A DNA stretch of 64,000 nucleotides from Rhizaria sp. SCN 62-66. Its lineage: Eukaryota. Position 1 is the first letter of the stretch, and every line of letters starts with the position of its first letter. The notes below the pieces were generated by a model. That model was not told the origin of the DNA. It was given only the letters and a program-made list of their open reading frames with translations, and ran no database searches. Positions 12,901-22,760 of this stretch are shown one piece after another. The DNA lies in NCBI GenBank assembly GCA_001724265.1, contig MEDY01000070.1, positions 1 through 64,000 of the forward strand, written 5' to 3'. Made by a program: the position numbers and the translations under genes.

Positions 12901-13511
12901 CAACCAGCAGTGGCAATGACGCGCGCAACTCCAAGATTGGGATCAAGAGCATGACAGCGAGCAAGGGTGACAGCACCAAAAGCGCCACAGCAACAACGAC
13001 TCCGACAGCAACTTCGACTGCAACGGCAACAGTGACTGCGACTAAGAACATGACCGACGACGACGACGACGATGACGGCGTCGTTGAAGACGCTGAGCAA
13101 GAAGAGGTAGGGCGCCGTCTTGAGGCACGCATCCTGCGCCCGCTGACCGCGCGCGACCACTCGAAGCTGGCCTCGCTGATGGGCGCGCCGTACTTCGCCC
13201 CCGCGGCGCGCGCGGCGCGGCCCGACGCGGCCGAGGCGTGGGCCGAGCTGCGCGCGATGCGCGGGGCGGGCGTCAAGGCCGAGCTCGACGCGCTGTCTGC
13301 GGAGGACGAGGCGCTGCTCGAGCGGTACATCATGCGCGGAATTGACGCTAGCTATAAGGAAAGGGCAAAACAGCTACGAAATGAAAAAGAGCAGCGCCAG
13401 ATCCAACAGCAGCAGCAACAACAACAGCAACAGCAACAACAACAGCAACAGCAACCGCAACGGCAGCAAGTGACTTCGACTATTGGTGCTCAGATGTCGA
13501 TGTTGGCGTAA
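9917..13511 (+). CDS. SPO11: Spo11/topoisomerase VI subunit A homolog, about 1036 aa with large low-complexity insertions, 5 exons
   Basis: Exons 9917-10011, 10122-10279, 10385-10451, 10592-11744, 11874-13511. Splicing restores SKRDLYY (catalytic Tyr). Toprim motifs VLVVEKET, ITGRGYP, LVDGDPHG and C-terminal KAELDAL. Ends TAA. Confidence 0.9.
13404..13455 (+). repeat. Mixed CAA/CAG poly-Gln tract near the SPO11 C-terminus
   Basis: caacagcagcagcaacaacaacagcaacagcaacaacaacagcaacagcaa is seen directly in frame. Confidence 0.85.
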
Positions 13512-14114
13512 TATGACATTGATAGCAAAAGATATAGCAGACTGCGTAGCGATGTTCTATATTCTATGAAACACGTTATTTTAGCAATAATACAGTTGAA
13601 TGAACAATATAATCAGGGGGAATATCTATAACGGCAGACATGACATTCATTCCTCGTGACATTATCGCGGCGATTTCAAAGTATACAACTTGAATAAAAA
13701 GAGTTTAGTATGAGCTGTAATGTCTATTCTTACATACCTCGATTTCAAAAGCAAACTATATGTTTATGTTGCATCTGCTACTTGAAACGTGTAATTTTTA
13801 CAACATCGAGAGTCTCTCGTGCCCGAGGCCAAAGCGCCAGCCGTCGACGGCAGTTTTTTTAGGAGAATATTTCGTGCCATAATCGTTTTTCATGAAAGCA
13901 GTTTGGCGTAAGGTATTTTATGAATACTATTCGACATTTTCTCAAAATAATATCTTGTTAGTTGTTGAAATAACACGGCAACAGAGCTTTTTGCTGCTGT
14001 GGTTTAAGTCACTCACGTCCTCCCTCACTCTTGTCCGCACTGCATCAGCACTCGCCAAACACTGCACAACAAAGTTGTTCTTTGAAAGGTTGAATAAGTA
14101 CAAGTTTTGTTCCT

Positions 14115-17100
14115 ATGATGCCGGTTTCCGGCCACGGGGACTTCACCGCGCCTTCCGTCGCGCCTCCCGCAGGCGCTTCGCCTGCTCCCCCTCCTGCACC
14201 TGCCCCACAACAGCCCGCGCCGCCGCCGCCGCTGCTCATGGCCTCGCCGCCGCTCGCCTCGCTCGTTGCCGCGCGCGCCGCGTGGGACCACGAGCGCACG
14301 GGCGCGCGCGAGGCCCGCGCGGCCACTTCGGACCCGTGCCCGACGCGCCGCGACGAGCGCTTCGTGTCGCGCGCTCTATACCTCTCGCTCTCGTTCCTGG
14401 GTGTGTTATCCGTGTTCGCGCTCGACACCGCCGTCTCGCGCGGCGAGGACCGCTGGACGGGCGTTATGTGGGTTGTGTTTGCCGTCACGGTCACGATGCA
14501 CGGCGCCGCGAGCGCGGACACGGCGGGCTTCGTGCCCCGCAGCGTGTGGGAGGTGCTCAAAGCGCGCGGGGCCGCCTTCGCTCTCTCGCTTGCCTCTGTC
14601 GCTGGCGTCGGCTCCGCGGGCGCGAGTGCTGTGACGGCCTCCGTAGGTGGCAACGCGGGGGCGCACAGGGCGGGCGCGGCAGCAGCAGCTCCAGGCTCCG
14701 TGTCAGCTAATGGTGCGCGCTCACAGCCACTGTCGGCAACGGTCTCCGCGGACGCTGAAGAGGATTGCTGCGACATCGACTGCGGCGTGCTGCCTTACGA
14801 CAACAACGACGAGGACGCGGTGGCCGATGCCAGTCCAACACGCAGGCTCTTTGGCTGCTGTCGCCGTGGCAGCAAGAGCAGTAGCGTCGTGACGAAGCTG
14901 AACGATGGTACGGCGGAGCTTGGTGACGCGGCCGCTGTGGCCGCCGCCACCGCCGCTGCAGCCGCGCGCTTTAACTCCCTCATCTCTAACTTTCACGATC
15001 GCGCCGCTAGCGTGAACAGCAGCGCCAGAAGCGTCAACAGCAACGGCAACGACGACTGTGAGCATGGCGGCCCCGGCGCCGACTCGGCTCCCGCGGCGCT
15101 GCAGCTGCTTGCGCCGTGCCTGCCGCCCGCGCTGCGGCCGCACGTGCTCGCGCACTCGGCGCTGCGGCGGCAGCTGTGCGACCTGTACGCCGTGTGGGCC
15201 ACGCCCGCGCTGCACGTGGACACCGTGCTGTGCTACGCGCCCTTCATGGCCAAGGTACACTGGCCCGCCGCCGCGCCCGCGCCTGCGGTCACACAGCAAC
15301 AGCAACCGAATCGGCAACAGCAAACAAGCGACGTCTCGAATGCTGTGGCAGGGACTGGTGGTTAGGGGAGCAATGCACACTCGCATTCCTAGTCACAGTC
15401 GCTGCCGCAGTCATCGCCGCAGCTGCAGGGCTCTGTGCGTTCGACACCGCCGCTGCTGCGACTACCAAACAGCCCGTTCCCGCTGCTGCCGCTGCTGTGG
15501 GCCGCGTCGGCCTCGCCCGCTGAGCTCGACGCGCTAGCATTTGCCGCGAACAGCCAACACAGCAGCCAGATCTGCGCCCCTGCCTCGAGCCCGGTGAGCC
15601 CTGGCGGCAGCGCTATCCCTGTCAGCCCAGGTAGCAGTGACGCGCCGTCAGTCGTGGACATGATTGCAGCCGCGCACGCGCACGTGCCGGCGCCGCCCGG
15701 CTTCGCGCCCCTGTCTCTGCCAGCCTTTGCGGCCGCGCTATTGGTGGCCCACCCGCGCTACTGTGCGCCGTGCCGCGCGCTGCGGCCGCCGCAGGCCAAG
15801 CATTGCCGCAAGTGCGGTCGCTGCGCCGCGCGCGCGGACCACCACTGCCCGTTCATGGGCACCTGCGTTAACGGGCGCAACCACGCGCATTTCTTGATCT
15901 TTCTCCTGTGCCAGTTTGTGCTCGCGGCGTGGGCGCTGTCCATCGCCGTCGCAGCGCTGCCGGCGCAGGCCTCGGTCCCCGGGTCGCCCGCCGCGGAGGC
16001 CAAGGCTGCCGCCGCCGCCGCCGCCGCCGCCGCCGCTGCAGCTGCCGCGAGCGCGAATGGCGCGGCGACGACTGCCGCGGCGGCCCTCGTGAGGCGCAGC
16101 GCGGTGATGGCGTTTTTCTCGTTCGTGACGACGCCCTACCGTGTCGCGTACCACTTTGTGTTCACCTCTCTCGCCGCGATGGCTAACATCGTCACCTCGG
16201 CCTCCGCTGGCTCCGCGGCCTCATTGGCTATCGAGGCCGCTGCTGTGGGCGCCGACGCGGCCGCCAGTGCGGCCTCCAGCGCTGTCGCTGACGCCACCGC
16301 GACCGCCGCCGGCTCGGCGGCGCTGCCTGAAGGTGCTTTGCGTGCGTCCGTGCTGTGGCTGCTGCACTGCGGCTCGGTCATGCTGTTCGTCATTTCTCTC
16401 GTTATTTCCTTCCCGCTGTCGTTTTTTCACTCATACCTGGCCCTGGCGAAGCAGACCACCTACGGCGTCGCCCTAGGCGAGCGTGGAACCCGCCGGTCGC
16501 GCCGCCGCCGCCAGCGCCAGAGCCAAAGCCAGGCCGCTCGCAATGACGGTCAAGGTTACGGCGAGGGCGAGAGCGCGAGGCTGGGGCAGGGCACGTGGGA
16601 CCAGCGTGACGACGGCGAGGACGCGGAGGCGGCGTTCGAGGAGCTCTCCGCCGCCGCAGTCGCCGCCGCCGCATCAGCAGCAGCAGCGGCTGGAGCGGCC
16701 GGAGCGGCTGGAGTGGCCGGGGCGACGCCCTCGGGCAGTCCGGGCGCCGCGCCCGTGGGCAGCTTTAGCGGCGTTGCGGCGGCGCTGAAGTACTACGATC
16801 GCGGCGACCTGTACGGGCACTCGGAGCATGCGCTGCGCGAGGAAGAGGAAGACGAAGAGAACAGCTTCAGCCTTCCGCGCCAGACCGCGCCCACCACGGT
16901 CTCGGCCGACAGCAGCGGCACCGGCCCGCAGCGGTTACAACAGCAGCAGCAGCAGCAGTTGGATCTGAGCGCGCTGCCGCTGGTGCCGCCAGTGCATGGC
17001 ACCGAGTACGAAGCCTTCGTCGCCGAAGACCCGTACACATCGCTGCTCGTCGCGCTCACGCAGATCGGCGTTGACCCCGCGATTGCAATGAACGCCCCGC

Positions 17101-17894
17101 AAACCGACGGTCTCGGCGGCGCCGCCGTTGCGGCCGAGGCGGAGGTAACGGCGCGGCGCCGGCGCCGGCGGCAGCGGCTGCTGACTCTGGTGCCGCCGCC
17201 GCTGCAGCCGCTGCTGGCGCGCGCGCTCTCGCTCTGCCTCGCTGCCGACGACACCGCATCTGACTCTGCGACGAATGCGACGGCGAGCTGGGGCTGGCGC
17301 GTGGCGCTGGGGGCGGATCTCTGGGCGCCGGCGACCGTGGCCGCCGCGCTGCGCAACGCGCTGCTTACGGTCACCCCTGCGCCCGCGGTCGCCGCCTCAA
17401 ACACTGCCGCAGCCGCCGCGGCCGCAGCCGTGGTCGGAGACGACAGCGACGTCGGTGAGGGCAAAGACGGCGACGCGGACGGCAACGGCGACGACGGCGC
17501 TGCACTGTTGCAGTCCTCACTCTCGCTGTTGTCCCCGCAAGAGCAGCAGCAGCAGTTGCGCAAGGGGGCCGTGGGGCCCGCTGCTGCGGCGGCGACGGCG
17601 ACGGTGGCCACGCGTCTGCACACCTGCTGCTCGCGCGTCGGCGCGGCGCTGGCGCGGCTGCAGCGGCAGTGCGCGCTGCGGGGCGCCGCCGCGGCCGCTG
17701 CGGTGGCCGCGCTCGCTGTTGCGGCGTGCCGCGCGGCCTGCGGGCGCGGTGCTGTGGGCCGCGCGGCAGGCGGGGCGGCGGCTGCCGTGCTGGCTGTGGG
17801 CCGCAACATTGTCTCGTTCATGGGAGGGTTCGACGATGAGGTAACGCTATACGTGCCTGTTGCAGTGCTTGCGCCTGTAAACAAGTGGGAGTAA
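14115..17894 (+). CDS. DHHC-type palmitoyltransferase, about 1259 aa, two in-frame TAG codons (15363-15365, 15390-15392)
   Basis: ORFs 14115-15365 and 15435-17894 share a frame. The first carries two hydrophobic segments and a DPG-like motif (DTAG). The second carries the Cys-rich domain CAPCRALRPPQAKHCRKCGRCAARADHHCPFMGTCVNGRNHAHF, further TM segments and QTTY (TTxE-like). Ends TAA. Confidence 0.85.
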
Positions 17895-18342
17895 GCACAA
17901 GAGTATTTGATGAGCTGTGGACAATGATTGACTGTCAGCAATCACCACTGTCTATGTGACGATGACAAGTTTATTTAAGTGAAGATTAAAAGACTCGCAC
18001 TTATGATTTTTATTTAGAATTATTTTTAAAATATGGCTATCTTGATCAATCAAAGCAATATTCGTGAAAAATAAAATATGTATTGTTGATCTAATGCTAA
18101 TTCTGATTTGGTTAAACAAAAACACACACTTTACAACGTTGCTCTCACTTGACAACGCTAAGGCAGAATGTTACATTATGGACTTGTACAACACACCGCA
18201 AAGGCAGCGCAGTTAAGTACAATTTGAACAACAACAAAACTTAAACGATGATCACAAGTAATGATGATGAGATGGGTATTGCTTTAAAAGAATTATACGA
18301 GTGCGTCTAAAAAAAAAGTGCTGATGTAACTCTGATGCGTGC

Positions 18343-21300
18343 TTACGCGTTGAGAAACTTGTCTTCAAGCGTCTCAACAAACATCTGACCCGTCTTTTTG
18401 TCCTTCTTACTCATGAGCTTAAGTCCTGACGACAGCAGCAGCGGTTGCTTGCGCGCAATTTGGCCGCGCAGCCATTGCGGCATTTTTCCGCCAAGATCCA
18501 CGGCGCCGAGCCCCACGACCTCGCAGCCGTAGATATGCTGCGCCGCAGCTCCTGCGCTCGCGGGCGCGGGCGCACCTTCGGCCCAGAGTCCGCCCTTCTT
18601 CTTATCGCGCGGCATCTTGAGTCCGCGAATAAAGAAGCCGCCGACCTTGAGCTTGGCCTCGATCACGTCCTTGGCCATCGCCGCGGGCATCTCACCTGAT
18701 ACCATGCGGTAGTTCTCGATGCTCATCGCCAGCATCACAAAGCCGTCGCGCGTGTACTCAACACCATCGGCGTTTACGCGCGGCAGCAGCGTGCGTGCAA
18801 GCTCCGGCAAGTGCGCTTGCAGCGGTGAGTTGCGCGCGCCGGCTGCGTCGGCGCCGGGCGTGCTGTCGTAAAGCCCCAACAAACGCGCGCTGCGGTAGCT
18901 CCATGCGTGACTACCGTTAACAGCAGTGTCCGCAGTGTTGTTGTAGAATGCCGAGCTAAACTCCGCGCCGTCGTTGTCAAAGATGACGCGCTGCCAGCCA
19001 GCGACGATGGTGATCTGGCGAGGGTTGCACACGCCAAAGCCGCGGTAGAGCTGACGCTCGACCTTGCAGTGGTTATTAAGGTGCTCAAGCGTGCGCACGC
19101 TCTCGGTCATCATGTCGTACTCCGGCTTTGTCACCGTCTGCCACAGCAACGCCATCATCTTGTCGGGGGTCACAGGCAGTGAGCGCACACCGCGGCACAT
19201 GAGCGCGTCGTTGCCACTCTGACCGACGTCTGCCGGCGGCTTGACGTACTCCTGCACCTTGACGTCTTCGAACACGCCCAGGTTCTTCCACTCCTCGCTC
19301 TTGTAGTGGTAGTCAGCCAGCTCTAGAAGGCGCGGGAAAGACCGCTCAAGCACGGAAATAAACTCGAGCTGGCGCGCAGTCAGGTTAAACACAGGGTAAC
19401 CCAAACTCGCTGCGTTGGCAGGGGCAGAAGCGCCGCTAGGGCTGCTAAAAGACGGGCGTGCAGGGCGAGCCGGTGCGGCCGGGGACGCTGATGCTTCGGT
19501 TTTTGTCGCAGTTGCAGCAACGGTCGCGGCGGCAGCGGCAGCAGCAGCAGCAGCAGCCGCATCAGCACCAGTTGTCTTGGTAGCAGCGTCACTGTTGCCC
19601 ATGTCAGCAGCAGCAACAGCAGCAGACGCGCCCCTCTCATCAGTGTTTCCACAACAGTTATCGTGAGCCGCCGCGGCCTCTGCTGTTAACGCCATCATAA
19701 GCGTCTGAATGCCCTCAACGTCAAACACTTTGTCCAGGTCGTCACCGCAGACAGCAATGCCGCTGCCGAGAGCACCCGCCGCGGACAGCAGCGCAAGCAG
19801 TGGTGTGGCAAGCGAGCTGGCCCATGTGATAACACCGCCTGCGAGTGCTGCCACAAGAGCGACTGCCGCAGCTTGCCACGCGCCTGAAGTGGCAACGGAA
19901 GGCACTATAACGGCCTTGAACGCAAGCAGCGGCCATGCGACAGCAATCACAATACCTCCCACGACTAAGGATACGGCGGCCTCACCGCGCCGCTGCAGCC
20001 ACCACTCAGTCCCGGCGCGCGCTGCAGCCCTAGTGCGCGCATGCTCTGCTCCGCGCGCGACCGCGGTTTTAACGTCGATCTCGGCGTCCCGGGAGGCAGT
20101 CCAGTGCCGCGCGTATTCGTGAGCAGAAAGCGCGCGAGTAGGGTGTTGCGGTCCAAGCGCCTGTGCTGCAGCAGATCCGTCACGGTACTCCTCTACCTCG
20201 GCCGTCAGCAGCTCGAGTTGTTCGGCTAAGAACCCCTTTAGCCACGCAATGCGTGATGAACCCTCTTTCATATTTGTCTTCGTCTCAATTGCCGCCTTGC
20301 TAGCCTTGCCTGTCTTGTCCTTAAAGGTAGCTGAGCCCTTGCCCTTCTTTGTGTTGGTAGTTGCGGCAGCAGCTGCGGCGCTGTTGCTAATGCTGTCACC
20401 GGTGATTGCAGGCAGCCAGTGCAGCTCAGCAAGAATTGTGTCACCAACGCTTTCGCGCTCGTACTCGTCGTTGCTTACGTCACCAGCGTCCTCTGCCGCC
20501 ACAATTGCCGCGCGCAGCTGCCGCTCGCGCTCAGCCAGCGCCGCTGCGGTGGTTTCGTGTTCCTCTAGTTCCTCGGCACGGAGATCGGTCAACAGCACAG
20601 CGGGGCGCGCGAGCAGACGCATTTCGCGGAGTTCGGCGCGCGCGCTGTGCAGTAGCCGCGCAACACCAGTTGCGAGCGGTGTTCCGTTACGCGTAAGATC
20701 CGCACGTGTCACACGCTGCCGTGTAAGCGCGGCCTCGAGCGCCAAAGGCAGCGCAACGGTGTCCACATCAGCGGCAGGGTCGCGCCGCAGCAGCGCGGCC
20801 TGGCGCTGCCGCAGTTGTCGCAGAGCCTCGTTGAGGTCCCCGACTGCGTCGGTCTGCGCGCTGATAGCCGCGGCTGTGGCTGGCACGTGAGGGCCACGAG
20901 CAGCCAGGAGCGCCTCGGCCGAGACGCGGAAGCGGGTAATGGAGGCAACAGTGTCCGACTCGGCGCCGACTCCAGCAGCCTCCGCAGCTGTCATCAGAGT
21001 ATCTGCAGTAACAGGCATTAGCAGAGCAGTCACGCTGCTGTCAGAAACACCGCCGCTGCCTTCAGCGTTTTTTGTGGGAGTCGCACGTGTCATATCGCCA
21101 CCAGTAGCAGCAGCGAGCTCCAGGTAACCGTTGCGCACGAGTGCGTTTGCAGCACTGTCTTTGGCAACGGCCGCACCGAGCAGTGACAGCGCGGCGGCCG
21201 TCATAAAAACGCCAGCGCACACGGCAGCAAACTTGACGCGCACCAGCGCATCACGCGGAAGACGGCTCAGCTTGTCCCCGGCGGCGCGCCACGGCACAAA

Positions 21301-22167
21301 GACAGTCTTGCCCGCCATACGTGCAGCAATCTGCTCTGCCTCCGACACCACAGGCGCAACGGCAACAAGAGCTGCTGAAGTATCGGCGGCACGACGCTCA
21401 TTGCTGTTGCTGGTCGCGGCAGACTGGTCGACTTCAAAGTCAAACTGGACGTTGTTGACGCGCACGGACTGCGGAGGCGGCGGCGAGGCGGCGCCCGAGC
21501 CCACAGCCGCGGCGGCAGCAGCGGCAGCCGCGGCAGCTGCGGCAGCCGCGGCCGCGGTAGCCGAGGCGCGGGTGCTAAGGCGGCTCGCGCGGGAACCGAT
21601 CGCACTGCCACGACGCTTGTCGCCTGCGGCTTCGGCGGAGGCGGCGGCAGCGGCAGCCTCGGCAGCAGCCTCAGCAGCGGCAGCGGCGGCAAGCGCGTCC
21701 TCAGCGGCGGCGCGGTAAGCGTTGAGCTGCGCGAGGCACGCGCGGAAAGCATGCAACCAGCGGTTTTTGTCTTCAACGCTGGCGGCCCGCAGACGGAGCT
21801 CGCGCGCAGGCGCAGCGATGATGAACTCGGGCGTCAGAGCGCGGTCGATGACCTTCACCACGGAGTGGTGGCGACCACGCGGGGACTGCGAGAACATCGA
21901 CAGTAGCAGACGCGTGGACGCATGCGAGAGCGTAGCCTCGCAAGGCGGGAACTCGCCCACGCCGTCAGGCAGTTGGACAATCTCACCGCGGCTTGTGAGT
22001 GCGATGTGGCGCACCACCCAGCCCGTGTTCGAGCTGTTACGCTTCTTGAGGTTGGCCGTCGTCAGTACAAACGAAAGCGGGATAGGGCCCGCCATTGCGG
22101 CGGCTGCAGCCACGCGCGACGGCGCACTTGGGGGTGAGGACCCTCCATCAACGGTAGAGGCACTCAT
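18343..22167 (-). CDS. PH domain, transmembrane segments and C-terminal START lipid-binding domain, 1274 aa, intronless
   Basis: PH-like start LKKRNSSNTGWVVRHIAL and end LRLRAASVEDKNRWLHAF. Hydrophobic segments mid-protein. START-like WKNLGVFEDVKV...PEYD...PRQI...VDLGGKMPQWL. Ends TAA. Confidence 0.75.
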   Translation of the reverse strand: MSASTVDGGSSPPSAPSRVAAAAAMAGPIPLSFVLTTANLKKRNSSNTGWVVRHIALTSRGEIVQLPDGVGEFPPCEATLSHASTRLLLSMFSQSPRGRHHSVVKVIDRALTPEFIIAAPARELRLRAASVEDKNRWLHAFRACLAQLNAYRAAAEDALAAAAAAEAAAEAAAAAASAEAAGDKRRGSAIGSRASRLSTRASATAAAAAAAAAAAAAAAAAVGSGAASPPPPQSVRVNNVQFDFEVDQSAATSNSNERRAADTSAALVAVAPVVSEAEQIAARMAGKTVFVPWRAAGDKLSRLPRDALVRVKFAAVCAGVFMTAAALSLLGAAVAKDSAANALVRNGYLELAAATGGDMTRATPTKNAEGSGGVSDSSVTALLMPVTADTLMTAAEAAGVGAESDTVASITRFRVSAEALLAARGPHVPATAAAISAQTDAVGDLNEALRQLRQRQAALLRRDPAADVDTVALPLALEAALTRQRVTRADLTRNGTPLATGVARLLHSARAELREMRLLARPAVLLTDLRAEELEEHETTAAALAERERQLRAAIVAAEDAGDVSNDEYERESVGDTILAELHWLPAITGDSISNSAAAAAATTNTKKGKGSATFKDKTGKASKAAIETKTNMKEGSSRIAWLKGFLAEQLELLTAEVEEYRDGSAAAQALGPQHPTRALSAHEYARHWTASRDAEIDVKTAVARGAEHARTRAAARAGTEWWLQRRGEAAVSLVVGGIVIAVAWPLLAFKAVIVPSVATSGAWQAAAVALVAALAGGVITWASSLATPLLALLSAAGALGSGIAVCGDDLDKVFDVEGIQTLMMALTAEAAAAHDNCCGNTDERGASAAVAAADMGNSDAATKTTGADAAAAAAAAAAAATVAATATKTEASASPAAPARPARPSFSSPSGASAPANAASLGYPVFNLTARQLEFISVLERSFPRLLELADYHYKSEEWKNLGVFEDVKVQEYVKPPADVGQSGNDALMCRGVRSLPVTPDKMMALLWQTVTKPEYDMMTESVRTLEHLNNHCKVERQLYRGFGVCNPRQITIVAGWQRVIFDNDGAEFSSAFYNNTADTAVNGSHAWSYRSARLLGLYDSTPGADAAGARNSPLQAHLPELARTLLPRVNADGVEYTRDGFVMLAMSIENYRMVSGEMPAAMAKDVIEAKLKVGGFFIRGLKMPRDKKKGGLWAEGAPAPASAGAAAQHIYGCEVVGLGAVDLGGKMPQWLRGQIARKQPLLLSSGLKLMSKKDKKTGQMFVETLEDKFLNA

Positions 22168-22760
22168 GCTCCTAACAGCAAGTGCTTTTAAGTGGCGTGT
22201 TCAAGTCAAGGAGGAAAATGAAATTGTGGAAATGAGATAAATCAGTCTTCTTAACAAATACGCAGTAACTTCAAGTTCATTGACAGAAAGTATATCGTCA
22301 AACACTTTCTTTTTAGGTGCGTGGAATTAAGTTGCTCTCTTCTCTGCTGTGCTGGCGCATTTCACCGTCTTTTCACAACAAACTAGAGCCGTTACAAGCT
22401 ACTTTGCAACTGCATTTATGAAGTGTGTGACTTGAAGCAATCACGTTTTGATTTGTGGACATAGTAATAACAAAACATATTGGCAGGATATTGATCTGAA
22501 TAATTTATTTTTGAAGGTATTTCACTTTCACCCTGATGCACAAGGTCGCGATGACACCACTCTGGCCCTTCACGATGTAACAAAATGAGCCCAGTTTCAT
22601 GAAAACAAAGAATCTTTAAAAACGTGTGATACACAAAATAGCATGTACGAAATGTGGATAATATACAGGTGTTCCTTCTCTTTTCTAAATATCTGAAAGA
22701 TTCTCCGACCGCCGCGTCTAGCTCACGGTCACAACGCACATGTAGTCAAGAGCATAATGC

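Noticed and set aside
15363-15392. Pyrrolysine insertion or A-to-I editing (UAG to Trp) at the TAGs
   Set aside because: The TAGs lie in low-complexity, Gln-rich linkers rather than catalytic positions, and no pyl genes are in view. Gln fits the context better.
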